A stretch of 63,155 nucleotides of DNA, the filler included, from an uncultured Synergistales bacterium (GTDB lineage: Bacteria > Synergistota > Synergistia > Synergistales > Aminobacteriaceae): the NCBI GenBank assembly GCA_937897575.1. It is 5 parts of 5 records of this genome, joined end to end, with 100 filler letters (N's around TTAATTAATTAA, not from the genome) between each part and the next. Parts side by side here need not be neighbours in the genome. Positions count along the whole stretch, not along the records: positions 16,424 to 37,887 come from CALCQG010000035.1; 4 more parts are not named here. One strand, 5' to 3'. A program made the translations under genes and the position numbers. A model generated the notes under the pieces. It did not search any database. It saw only the letters and a list, made by a program, of their open reading frames with translations, and had not been told where the DNA came from. Within the stretch, counting starts at the first letter, position 1. Each line of letters opens with the position of its first letter. Shown here piece after piece: positions 28,738 through 37,987 of this stretch.

Positions 28738-29367
28738 ATAGTAGCACGAAAAGACGATGGCGATCCGAGGGTCAACGAAGAGATCACGGTCAAGGATGTC
28801 CTCCTTATCGATGAAAAAGGCGTCAAGATCGGACTGACTCCCACGGCGGAGGCTATTCGCATGGCCGAAGAGAGGCTTCTTGATCTTGTCGAGGTCGCCC
28901 CTCAGGCATCGCCCCCCGTGTGCAGGATTCTGGACTACGGGAAGTACCGGTACCAGCTCCAGAAAAAAGAGAAGGACGCGCGGAAGAAACAGAAGGTCCA
29001 GACCATGAAGGAAATAAAAATGCGTCCGAAGATCGACGAACACGACTACGACTTCAAGGTGCGGGCCATAAAGAGCTTCCTCGAGGATGGGCACAGAGTG
29101 AAGGTCTCGGTGTTCTTCCGGGGGAGGGAGATGGCCTTTCTCGGCAAGGGAACGGAGGTGCTCTCCCGGGTTATCGCCGAATGCGAGGGACTGGGCAAGA
29201 GCGAGGGCGATCCCCGGATGGAGGGGCGATACATGCGCATCATGCTGACGCCCATCAACCAGCCCCAGCCGAAGAGCGCGCCAAAAGCGGAGAAGCCGAA
29301 ACCGGCGGAGAAGGCGAAACCAGCCGCGGCCGTTCCAACGCCAACGCCGGTGCCAGTAACGGAGTGA
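28738..29367 (+). CDS. infC: Translation initiation factor IF-3, non-canonical ATA start
   Basis: AGGAGGTG-7nt-ATA in frame, RVNEEI, DLVEVAP, PPVCRILDYGK, FRGREM. Confidence 0.95.
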   Translation: MVARKDDGDPRVNEEITVKDVLLIDEKGVKIGLTPTAEAIRMAEERLLDLVEVAPQASPPVCRILDYGKYRYQLQKKEKDARKKQKVQTMKEIKMRPKIDEHDYDFKVRAIKSFLEDGHRVKVSVFFRGREMAFLGKGTEVLSRVIAECEGLGKSEGDPRMEGRYMRIMLTPINQPQPKSAPKAEKPKPAEKAKPAAAVPTPTPVPVTE

Positions 29368-29440
29368 CTCCCGATCGTACAAGATATGTACCCCGCAAAC
29401 GGGGGATCTACCGAAGGGTATGGGGAAGGAGGACAGTGTC

Positions 29441-29638
29441 ATGCCGAAATTGAAGTCCCATTCAGGGGCGAAGAAACGGTTTTCTGCGACGGGTTCGGGA
29501 AAGCTTGCATACAGAAAGGCGGGACGGGGCCATCTGCTCACGTGCAAATCGCCCACACGTCTGAAAAGACTGCGTAAAACGGGGTATGTTGACTGCACGC
29601 TGATGGACCACATGAAGAAGCTGCTCCCCTACGCGTAA
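29441..29638 (+). CDS. rpmI: 50S ribosomal protein L35
   Basis: MPKLKSHSGAKKRF, HLL, LLPY. Confidence 0.97.
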   Translation: MPKLKSHSGAKKRFSATGSGKLAYRKAGRGHLLTCKSPTRLKRLRKTGYVDCTLMDHMKKLLPYA

Positions 29639-29675
29639 GGGAGAACGAATATATTCATGAAAGAGGTGACCTGCC

Positions 29676-30035
29676 ATGCCCCGCGTCAAGGGCGGTAGTG
29701 CAAGCGATAGAAAGCGCAAAAAGCTGTTCAGCATCACAAAAGGGTACTGGGGCCAGAAGAAGAACGTCTATCGAAAGGCCAGGGAGGCCTATCTCCACTC
29801 CCTCTCGAGGGCGTACAACGACAGAAAACGCAAAAAAAGAGATTTTCGCCGGCTGTGGATCACGAGGATCAACGCGGCGTCGCGGTCCGAAGGACTCTCC
29901 TACAGCGTCCTGATGAACGGCCTGAAGAAAGCGGGCATCGGCATCAACAGGAAGATGCTCTCGGAGCTCGCGATCAACGACATGCCCGCGTTCCGGAAGC
30001 TGACGGAACAGGCGAGAGGCGCTCTCGGCCAATAG
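29676..30035 (+). CDS. rplT: 50S ribosomal protein L20
   Basis: MPRVKGG, KRDFRRLWITRINAA, NRKMLSELA. Confidence 0.98.
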   Translation: MPRVKGGSASDRKRKKLFSITKGYWGQKKNVYRKAREAYLHSLSRAYNDRKRKKRDFRRLWITRINAASRSEGLSYSVLMNGLKKAGIGINRKMLSELAINDMPAFRKLTEQARGALGQ

Positions 30036-30060
30036 ATTCCCTTCCATCGCAGCTCTTTTT

Positions 30061-30095
30061 GGTCTCTGCCGCCCGATGCGGCAGAGACCTTTTCT
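30061..30095 (+). terminator. Terminator after rplT
   Basis: GGTCTCTGCCGC-CCGAT-GCGGCAGAGACC-TTTCT. Confidence 0.8.
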
Positions 30096-30280
30096 ATGAC
30101 CGCTTCCTCGACTGGGTCTCCTCGCGTCTTTTCCCGTCTGTAAAAAAACTGGTATCATATTCTCTGTACCCTCCGAAGTTCCGGAATCCGACGGTGTGTT
30201 TCGACCGCCTTTAGTTGCTTCATGTCCATCACGGAAGGTGTTTCCCGCTGTTTTGCTCGGGAGAAAGGGGAGTGCGGTCA

Positions 30281-30607
30281 ATGACCATTGCCAACATCGA
30301 AGAACTCGTCGATAAAATCGCCGGGACCATCGCTGCGCTGAAGACGGAGCACGATCAGCTCCGGGCGCAGGTGAACGATCTCAAGGCGAAGTGTTCGGAG
30401 AAGGACCTCGAGTCCATACGGGCGGCGAAAGAGGGGCAGCGTGCCCTTGAGATGGCGGAACGCGAACGGCTCACGTCGAAAAAGGAGAAGGAGCAGATGG
30501 AGGGGCAGCTTCGCGCGTTGTACAAGAAACTCAGCACCCTTGTCCCCGAGGCTGGCGCAGAGGGGCACTCCGCGCCGCCGCAACCCGGGGAGGGGAGGAG
30601 GGGCTGA
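30281..30607 (+). CDS. Coiled-coil protein (ZapB-like by position)
   Basis: Heptad-rich 108 aa directly before a zapA-like gene. Confidence 0.6.
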   Translation: MTIANIEELVDKIAGTIAALKTEHDQLRAQVNDLKAKCSEKDLESIRAAKEGQRALEMAERERLTSKKEKEQMEGQLRALYKKLSTLVPEAGAEGHSAPPQPGEGRRG

Positions 30608-30609
30608 CG

Positions 30610-30867
30610 ATGCGTCTCAACCGGACTCTGCCACGGGAGGTGCCCGTCCGGGTGGGCAAGAAAGCCTATTTTCTCGAGACTGCCCTGGATGACGATACCC
30701 TTGCCCGGGTGTCCGGCATCATGTCCGAGGTGGCCGACGAGTTCGCCGACGGCCTCGACCAGGAGCAGGTCCTGCTTCTGTCCTGCCTTCAGCTTGCCTG
30801 GACCCTGGACAAGATCGGTTCGCGGCTCGGGCAGGCCATGGGAACTGCAGAGGAGGGAAGACTTTGA
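30610..30867 (+). CDS. Cell division protein ZapA-like
   Basis: VRVGKKAY...LLLSCLQLA pattern; zapA-cvpA-mutS2 synteny. Confidence 0.65.
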   Translation: MRLNRTLPREVPVRVGKKAYFLETALDDDTLARVSGIMSEVADEFADGLDQEQVLLLSCLQLAWTLDKIGSRLGQAMGTAEEGRL

Positions 30868-31436
30868 ATTTCGCCCAGATATTCGACATCGTCATCGCCT
30901 TCGTGGCTGTGACCTTCATGGTGCGGGGGCTTCTCCGCGGTCTTTCGGGGGAGTTCTTCTCCCTCCTGGGCGTGATCGGCGGCGTCTTCCTCGCGTGGAA
31001 GTACTCCGGAGCCCTGGCGGCGCTGATCCGGTCCTTCTGGACGACGGGGAACGAGACGCTCGTCCTCCTGCTTGCCATGGTTCTGCTCTATGTTGCTGCT
31101 GTCATCACGGCCACTCTGGTCTGCCGAATGGTGAAGGCCTTCCTGAAGTTCACCTCTCTGACCCTTGCGGACCGAATGCTCGGGCTCGCCGCCGGCGCCC
31201 TCAAGGTCATCGTCCTCGTGCTCTTCGTGTACGGTGCCGTCACGACCTATTCGAGCGTCGTCCCGACGGAGTGGATGAGGCAGAGCATGGTGATGGAGTA
31301 CACGGAGAGGGCCTGGCCGACGGTGCAGTCCTTCCTCGAGCGCCATGGGCTCTTCCCGAGAGGGGGACTCATGAATATCCTCGTGCCCGGCGACAGTCCC
31401 TCCCAAAACGCGCCTGAAACAATCGATGGAGTATAG
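30864..31436 (+). CDS. cvpA: CvpA family membrane protein
   Basis: RGLLRGLSGEFFSL, DRMLGLAAGALK. Confidence 0.88.
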   Translation: MNFAQIFDIVIAFVAVTFMVRGLLRGLSGEFFSLLGVIGGVFLAWKYSGALAALIRSFWTTGNETLVLLLAMVLLYVAAVITATLVCRMVKAFLKFTSLTLADRMLGLAAGALKVIVLVLFVYGAVTTYSSVVPTEWMRQSMVMEYTERAWPTVQSFLERHGLFPRGGLMNILVPGDSPSQNAPETIDGV

Positions 31437-33774
31437 GGAAGAGACGACCCGCATCTTCGATATTCCGAAAATCCTCGCCATTTTCGCCCGTGAAGTCCGG
31501 GGCGACCTTGGCCTCTTCGCCCTGGAGCATCTCCGGCCTCAGGGGGACCTACCGGCTCTTGAAGAGCGTGTGGAGCTCTTCAGGAGCTACGTGTCCTGCC
31601 GGGACAAATACGGCGAGTGGCCCTGGAACGCGCGGGTTGGGTGCATTGTCCCCGTGGTGCAAACCGCCGCCGCGTCGGGCTTTCTCTCAGGCGAGGAGCT
31701 CGTTGCCGTAGGAGCTTTTCTCGGCCTTGCACGGACGACGCGGGAGCGCCTCGCCGCCAACAAGGCGGAGTTTCCGCTCTTCGAGGGGCAGGCGAGGAGG
31801 ATCCGCGATTTCTCCGAGGAGATCGACGCCCTCGGCGTCCTGGACGACGCCGGCCGGCTCTACGATTCAGCGACGCCGGAGCTCGCGGAGATCCGTCAGA
31901 CGCTCGAGTCGCTGAAACGGCAGATTCGGCGGACGGTCCAGGCTCTTCTGGATACGCCCTCCTTCGCCCAGATGCTCCAGGAAAAAGTAGTGGCCTTCAG
32001 AAACGGTCACTTCGTGTTCCTCGTCCGCCAGGACCAGATGTCCCGCTTTCCGGGGACGGTCACGGACCGGTCGGGCTCCGGAAATTCGGTCTACATGGAA
32101 CCATCGGCCCTGGTCCCGATCAACAACCGGATAGCCCTCGCGGCGCGGGACGAACAGGATGAGGTCCAGCGCATCCTCCGGTCCCTCACGGCAAAAGTCC
32201 TGGCGAGAATCAACGCCATCACTGAAGCTCAGTCCGCCCTCGGGGACCTCGATCTCTTCTACGGCGCGGCGGAGATCATGAAGAAGAAGCGATGGAAACT
32301 TGCGCAATATGTGCGCAGGACCCTCTTCTCACTCAAGATGGCCAGACACCCTCTTCTCGGGGAGAACGCCGTGGCTGTGGACATCAAGTGCGGCGATCGG
32401 TACCGCAGCCTCGTCATCACGGGACCGAATACAGGAGGCAAGACGGTGGTCCTCAAGACCGCCGGCGTGTGCGTGTATCTGGCCTGGTGCGGGCTGCCCA
32501 TCCCGGCCGGAGAGGACTCGGTGGTCGGGGACATCGGCTCGATCTACGCCGATATCGGTGACGAACAGAGCATCGAACAGAATCTCTCGACCTTCAGCGC
32601 CCATGTCAAGAACATCATCACCATCCTGGACCAGTCGAACCGGTCCTCCCTCATCCTCCTCGACGAACTGGGGGCGGGGACCGACCCTCAGGAGGGAGCG
32701 GCCCTCGGCATCGCCATCCTCGAGGCCTTGACCAGGGAAAAAGGCCTCACCCTCGCGACGACCCACCACAACCCCGTGAAGCAGTACGCCCTGACTGCCC
32801 CGGGCGTCGAGACGGCCAGCATGGAGTTCGACGGAGAGACGCTCTCACCCACCTATCGCATGCTCCTCGGCGTGCCGGGCAGAAGCAACGCCCTGCTCAT
32901 TGCTCAGCGGTACGGCATGCCGGGCGCGATCATCGAGTCGGCACGATCGGTCCTCAGTGAGCAGGACGTGCCGGTGGAGGAGCTCATCGCCGAGCTGAAC
33001 GAGCGAAAGGCCTGGCTCGACAGGGAGGAAGCCGAGCTCGCCCACCTGAGAAGAGTCTTGAGCGAAGAACGGGAGCAGTACGGCATAAAGACGCGGGAGC
33101 TGGAAAACAAGAGCGATGCCATCCTCGCCAAGGCGGAACGACAGGCGGCCACTCTTCTCGAACAGGCCGAGGAGTCGAGCCGATCGCTGATCCGAAGACT
33201 CGAGGATGCGGCCAAGTCCGCAGCTCATCGCAGCATTCGTGAGGAAGGTGACGCGGTGCGCAACGTGCGGAAAAAGCTGGAGAAACGTCAGGAGGCGAGG
33301 CTCCTGAAATCGGCGGTACGCGAGGAGTTTGTGCCGGCCGTGGGCATGACCGCACAGATCGCGGGGACGGATATCGCGGGGACCATTGAGGCCATCCGTG
33401 GCGGAAAGGCGACGCTGCGCGCCGGAGCCATGAAGATGGAGGTGGACGCCAGAAAGCTGACGGCGACGGAGAAGAAACCGAAGAGCGTGTCCATCCCCCA
33501 GGAACGGCCTCGTCCCGCTCCGGACATGGTCCCGCCGTCGGTCATGGTGCGGGGGATGAACGTACAGGAGGCCATCCCCATAGTGGAGCGGTACCTCGAC
33601 GCCGCCATGCGGCTCGGATACTCCCAAGTCACGGTCATCCACGGGCGGGGTGAGGGCATTCTCCGCCGAGAGGTGCATGCTCTGTGCGCCTCGTTGAAAT
33701 ACGTGGAATCCTACCGCCTCGGCGAGGCGTCCGAGGGCGGCTTCGGCGTCACGATCGTCACCTTCAGGCGATAG
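31426..33774 (+). CDS. mutS2: Endonuclease MutS2 with Smr domain
   Basis: ITGPNTGGKT, DIGDEQSIEQNLSTFSAH, LDELGAGTDP, IHGRGEG. Confidence 0.97.
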   Translation: MEYREETTRIFDIPKILAIFAREVRGDLGLFALEHLRPQGDLPALEERVELFRSYVSCRDKYGEWPWNARVGCIVPVVQTAAASGFLSGEELVAVGAFLGLARTTRERLAANKAEFPLFEGQARRIRDFSEEIDALGVLDDAGRLYDSATPELAEIRQTLESLKRQIRRTVQALLDTPSFAQMLQEKVVAFRNGHFVFLVRQDQMSRFPGTVTDRSGSGNSVYMEPSALVPINNRIALAARDEQDEVQRILRSLTAKVLARINAITEAQSALGDLDLFYGAAEIMKKKRWKLAQYVRRTLFSLKMARHPLLGENAVAVDIKCGDRYRSLVITGPNTGGKTVVLKTAGVCVYLAWCGLPIPAGEDSVVGDIGSIYADIGDEQSIEQNLSTFSAHVKNIITILDQSNRSSLILLDELGAGTDPQEGAALGIAILEALTREKGLTLATTHHNPVKQYALTAPGVETASMEFDGETLSPTYRMLLGVPGRSNALLIAQRYGMPGAIIESARSVLSEQDVPVEELIAELNERKAWLDREEAELAHLRRVLSEEREQYGIKTRELENKSDAILAKAERQAATLLEQAEESSRSLIRRLEDAAKSAAHRSIREEGDAVRNVRKKLEKRQEARLLKSAVREEFVPAVGMTAQIAGTDIAGTIEAIRGGKATLRAGAMKMEVDARKLTATEKKPKSVSIPQERPRPAPDMVPPSVMVRGMNVQEAIPIVERYLDAAMRLGYSQVTVIHGRGEGILRREVHALCASLKYVESYRLGEASEGGFGVTIVTFRR

Positions 33775-33806
33775 CGAGCGCCCCTTCTCTTTTCCGGCAG
33801 CCTTTC

Positions 33807-33835
33807 TTGACGGCCTCTCGTTTGAAGGGTAGAAT
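33807..33835 (+). promoter_or_regulatory. Promoter of the tRNA gene
   Basis: TTGACG-17nt-TAGAAT. Confidence 0.7.
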
Positions 33836-33860
33836 GATCTGTGTTTTTTGAACCACGAAA

Positions 33861-33936
33861 GCGCCTGTAGCTCAGCGGATAGAGTATCGGCCTCCGGAGC
33901 CGAGGGTCTGGCGTTCGAATCGCCACAGGCGCGCCA
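33861..33936 (+). tRNA. tRNA-Arg(CCG)
   Basis: 76-nt cloverleaf, anticodon arm TCGGC-CT-CCG-GA-GCCGA, TTCGAAT T-loop, encoded CCA. Confidence 0.97.
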
Positions 33937-33946
33937 CTGAATGTAC

Positions 33947-33975
33947 GGCCTCCCGATTATCCCGGGAGGCCTTTT
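33947..33975 (+). terminator. Terminator after tRNA-Arg
   Basis: GGCCTCCCG-loop-CGGGAGGCC-TTTT. Confidence 0.8.
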
Positions 33976-34074
33976 GTTGTCTGTATGCAGCCACGTGTCC
34001 GTGATGCGCTCACTCCGTCGACACACCGACTCAGTCCGGTTGTGTCGCAGAAAGTTCTTCTCTGGTCTCGTGCG

Positions 34075-34536
34075 TTACCTGTAGTAGAAGTAGTATCGCA
34101 GGATGGACGGGAAGTCCCCTAGAACGTTCCCTTCCTCGTCGACGAAGTTGTAGAGCACCTCTTCGGGAAGGCGGTTTCGTTCGTCCTTGTAGAAGTCTGA
34201 GAAGACGTACTTCACGACGAAGGCTTTGTCCTGCTGGGACAGGATGCCCTCCGTCTCGAGCCGGATCTCCATGAGGTTGTAGGGGAGGGGCTTGTCCGGG
34301 ATGATGAACGTCATGCGAATCCTCGGGGCTTCGTCGTCTCTTGGTTTTACGAGGAAAAAGGAGTAGTCGGAGCTCTCGACGCGATAGTGTTCCAGGCTCG
34401 ACAATCTGCTGAAGTGGCTGATGAAGTCCTCTTTGCACCGCTTCACCGCTTTTTGAACGGCCTCCTCGAAGACCCCGTTTTTTTGATACTCGTAGAGCTT
34501 GATCTCTCTCATCAAATCGATGCTCACCCGCAACAA
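34075..34536 (-). CDS. Hypothetical protein
   Basis: 153-aa ORF with protein-like composition (many K/E/F/Y) that is unlikely in a GC-rich shadow frame; no family recognised. Confidence 0.7.
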   Translation of the reverse strand: MLRVSIDLMREIKLYEYQKNGVFEEAVQKAVKRCKEDFISHFSRLSSLEHYRVESSDYSFFLVKPRDDEAPRIRMTFIIPDKPLPYNLMEIRLETEGILSQQDKAFVVKYVFSDFYKDERNRLPEEVLYNFVDEEGNVLGDFPSILRYYFYYR

Positions 34537-34805
34537 CCCCTTCGGTTTATGTCTGTATGGGTATCCCGGTTCGTCGTCGGCGACCCTGGGAACACCATCC
34601 TAAATATAGGGCAATCGTACGATTCTGCAAGGGGTATTTCGTAGTGAAGAGCTATGCTCCGCGAGCTGAAGGGCATCTTCATCGCTGTTCTCTTCCAGGA
34701 TATGGCTGATATAATCAGGCCGTCAGGAGATATCACCGGAGGTCGTGTTGCCCTTTGTGGTAGTGCGGGCGCCCCCCGATGGATCGCAAGAGAGGCGATG
34801 ATTCC

Positions 34806-36014
34806 ATGGCGAACGAGAGCATAATAGAGTCGGTGGCGCCGTTGGACGAGAAGAAGCGGCGCTTTGCCCTCACGGTACCCGGTACGTCCTTTCACCCCTC
34901 CGGAGGCGGCCAGCCCGGGGACTCGGGGGCGTTGAGCGCCGAGGGCTTTCAGTTCATCGTCGACGACACGGAGGTGCGGGACGGACGGGTGATTCTCTCC
35001 GGGAGGGCGACGAAGGGGATACCTCTTCCGGGAATGGCCGTTCGCGCCGTCGTTGATGAAGATCGCCATCGCCTGTTCTCAAGAATGCACACCGGCGAGC
35101 ATATTCTCTCCCGAGTGCTCGAGTCCGACCATGAAGGGCTTCATGTGCACAAGGTGGCCGTGGCCGCCGAGGAGAGCGCCATATTCGTGACCTTTGCCGG
35201 AGAGATGGACTGGACCATGTTGCTGGAGGCGGAGAGGAGAGCCAACGAGATCGTCGCCGAGAGACGACCGGTGGTGACGGAGGTGTTCCCGAAGGGGGAG
35301 GCGGAAAAACTGTCCGGATTGAAGGCGAACTGGGCCCGCATCGAAGCCGACGCGATTCGTGTCGTTCGGATCCCCGACTTCGATGTCATCGCCTGTTCCG
35401 GAAGCCATGTGCTGTCAACGGACGAGGTGGGCGACCTCTTTGTGACGGGGTATAAGGGGACGGCGCCGGAGTGGGAGGTCAAATTCACCGTGGAGGGCAA
35501 GGCGGCGAAGGGGGAGTACAGCGCCGTCGCCAGACGGCTCGTGCGTCGGATAGGGTGTCCCCTCGGCCAGGTGGAGGATGTGTTCGCCCGACTGCAGGAG
35601 GAGAACGGGGCTCTGACGAAAGCCATCGAACGGATGGCGCCCCTCCTGAGCCTCCCCTGGGATGAGCTGACCATTTCAGGGTACCCCCTCCACGTCGCGG
35701 TCCTGCCTGGTTTCACGAAAGACCTGATTGCCGCCTCGGCAAAGCGCTGGTCCGACGAGCACCCGCAGGCGATCGTCCTCGTACTGCTTCCAAGAGAGGA
35801 GCGAGACGAGTTTCTTCTGTACGCCGGAAAAGATGTGGACCGCAACTTCTCGACCTTCCTGAGAGAGTCCCCCACCCTGGAAGCGAGAGGGGGCGGGCGC
35901 TCCGACTGGCTCAACGGACAGTCTCCGAAGATGACCGCCGAAGTCTGGCGCGATGCGCTTTCCATCTTTCTCGGAAGAGAACGATCCGGTTCGTCGGAGA
36001 AGCCCGAGACATAG
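34806..36014 (+). CDS. AlaX-type alanyl-tRNA editing protein with C-terminal DHHA1-like domain
   Basis: FHPSGGGQPGDSG, RMHTGEH (HxxxH), CSGSH (CxxxH), RGGGR. Confidence 0.85.
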   Translation: MANESIIESVAPLDEKKRRFALTVPGTSFHPSGGGQPGDSGALSAEGFQFIVDDTEVRDGRVILSGRATKGIPLPGMAVRAVVDEDRHRLFSRMHTGEHILSRVLESDHEGLHVHKVAVAAEESAIFVTFAGEMDWTMLLEAERRANEIVAERRPVVTEVFPKGEAEKLSGLKANWARIEADAIRVVRIPDFDVIACSGSHVLSTDEVGDLFVTGYKGTAPEWEVKFTVEGKAAKGEYSAVARRLVRRIGCPLGQVEDVFARLQEENGALTKAIERMAPLLSLPWDELTISGYPLHVAVLPGFTKDLIAASAKRWSDEHPQAIVLVLLPREERDEFLLYAGKDVDRNFSTFLRESPTLEARGGGRSDWLNGQSPKMTAEVWRDALSIFLGRERSGSSEKPET

Positions 36015-36105
36015 GTGCTTGATGCGACAATCCGAGCGAACAGAGGCGCCGATGCGTTTCCCTTGGACAGGCGCGCCACGCCTTTCAGCGCTCCCGAATA
36101 GATGA

Positions 36106-36135
36106 TTGAAAGATGGTCATGAAACGCGTTATAAT
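36106..36135 (+). promoter_or_regulatory. Promoter upstream of hutP in an AT-rich patch
   Basis: TTGAAA-18nt-TATAAT. Confidence 0.6.
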
Positions 36136-36244
36136 ACAATAACGTTTTTTTATAAAAGTATGTCGATGTACAGCACCAAAATACTGTACCAATGTCTTTG
36201 CGTTTTTGAATGCGTGAAGACGAGAGAGGGGTGTCCCCACCCAA

Positions 36245-36838
36245 TTGATATGGAAGAGGATATTCAGCGAGCACGAAGAGCAGGTCCTGATCGATGAAGC
36301 CACGGAGGTTCCCGACGAGCGGGAGGAGAGGCATGAGTCGACCGTTGCCAGCGGCGTGAAGGGGTTGCTCCGGGATGAATCGGAACCGGACCTTCGTCCT
36401 CTGGCTATTGTCGCCACCATGACGGTGACCAGCGAGGATCAAATCGGCAGGACAGCCCTTCTCCTGGCTGCAACCACGTCGGGCGACGCGGAGGCCGAAC
36501 TGAAGAAGAGCCTGGCGTCCATCGGGTGGCGGGCTGTCGCTACGGAGGTAGGCGGGCTGGTAGGAGAGCTTCCCGCCAAGATCACCAGGGCTCTTGTCGG
36601 TGCGTCGCTGAACGCGAACGTGGTGGAAAAACAGCAGTGCGAGATGCATGCGCTCATGCACGCCGCACACGAGGCTCTGCAGGGCTTCCTGCCCGCCGGA
36701 CTCCTCGAGGCGAGCGTGGGGGCGAAGATCGCCATCGTGCGAAACACGAAATGGATATCCGTGGCGATCATGGGCGATACGGCCTACCATGCCGTAGCGC
36801 ACCACGAACGATGCGGCCTCGGGGTGATGCACCTCTGA
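36245..36838 (+). CDS. hutP: HutP-family RNA-binding antiterminator (start uncertain; may be 36419)
   Basis: IGRTALLLA, EMHALMHAAHEAL, KIAIVR, WISVAIMG, HERCGLGVMHL. Confidence 0.82.
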   Translation: MIWKRIFSEHEEQVLIDEATEVPDEREERHESTVASGVKGLLRDESEPDLRPLAIVATMTVTSEDQIGRTALLLAATTSGDAEAELKKSLASIGWRAVATEVGGLVGELPAKITRALVGASLNANVVEKQQCEMHALMHAAHEALQGFLPAGLLEASVGAKIAIVRNTKWISVAIMGDTAYHAVAHHERCGLGVMHL

Positions 36839-36950
36839 TCAGCGAAGTTTCGACCCCTGCGCTCCTTCCCATCGGACGCTTGCGTCCGATGGAGTCCTGT
36901 GGTAACCTAATCCCTTGTTCGATGCCATGTTTATTTGGAGGTGCGGTCCG

Positions 36951-37187
36951 ATGAAGAAGGAAATTCATCCCAAGTATGAAGAGTGCACGGTGACCTGCGC
37001 GTGCGGCAACAGCTTCCAGACGAGGTCGACGCAAAAGGAGATCCGGGTGGGCGTATGCTCGGCCTGCCACCCTTTCTATACGGGCAAACGGGGCGGCCGC
37101 GTGATGACGGAGGCCGGCCAGCTCGAGAAGTTCCAGAAGAAGTACGAGGGCATCAATTACGGCCAGAAGAAGGAAGAGAGCGAATAG
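36951..37187 (+). CDS. rpmE: 50S ribosomal protein L31 (Zn-binding form)
   Basis: MKKEIHPKY, CACG, CSACHPFYTGK. Confidence 0.97.
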   Translation: MKKEIHPKYEECTVTCACGNSFQTRSTQKEIRVGVCSACHPFYTGKRGGRVMTEAGQLEKFQKKYEGINYGQKKEESE

Positions 37188-37283
37188 GCGAGAGGACGCG
37201 TCCTGTCTCTCTCCGAGTTCGACGGCTAGCGCGGGCTCCCTCGTGACCGAGGGGGCATCGCCGACAAGACGGGAGGAGTCTGT

Positions 37284-37887
37284 ATGTCGTGCAGCGTCAT
37301 TCTCTTAGCGCGGACCCCTTCGCCGGACGTCACTGTGGCAGCGGCAGCAAGGCTGTGTTACAGTGACGTTTCTGCTGTGGACCTTGTGCAGTCGGAGTCC
37401 GCCGAGAAGGTCAAAGGCCTTCTTCGCCATCTGCGGAAGAGCGGCCATTTTTCCCCCTTTGAACATGCCTCCTTCACCTTTGCTGTGGATGGACTCAGCA
37501 GGGTGGCATCCCACCAGCTCGTGCGGCACCGCATCGCCTCCTTCAGCCAGCAGAGCCAAAGGTACGTGTCCATGACCGAACCGGACGTGATCGTCCCCCC
37601 GTCCATCGAAGCCGATGAGGAGCTGCGGTCGCGTTTTGCCGAAGCGGTTCGCGACGCCCACGGGCTGTATACCGAAATGGTAGCGCGGGGGATCCCGAAG
37701 GAGGACGCGCGGTTCATCCTGCCCCACGGATGGAGCACCCGGCTTGTCATGACCATGAACGCCCGGGAGCTGCACCACTTCTTTACGGTCCGTCTCTGTC
37801 GCCGGGCCCAGTGGGAGATCAGGGCACTGGCCAGAAAGATGCTGCTGCTCGTCCGCGAGGAGGCGCCGCTTCTCTTCGATACGGCGG
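37284..37887 (+). CDS. thyX: FAD-dependent thymidylate synthase, 3' truncated
   Basis: GHFSPFEH, SHQLVRHRIASFSQQSQRY, AQWEIR. Confidence 0.96.
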
Positions 37888-37987
37888 NNNNNNNNNNNNN
37901 NNNNNNNNNNNNNNNNNNNNNNNNNNNNNNNTTAATTAATTAANNNNNNNNNNNNNNNNNNNNNNNNNNNNNNNNNNNNNNNNNNNN
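37888..37987. other. Artificial contig linker
   Basis: N-run, TTAATTAATTAA, N-run. Confidence 0.99.

Noticed and set aside
33861..34800. Integrative element at tRNA-Arg
   Set aside because: No integrase, no duplicated tRNA 3' end seen, housekeeping genes follow
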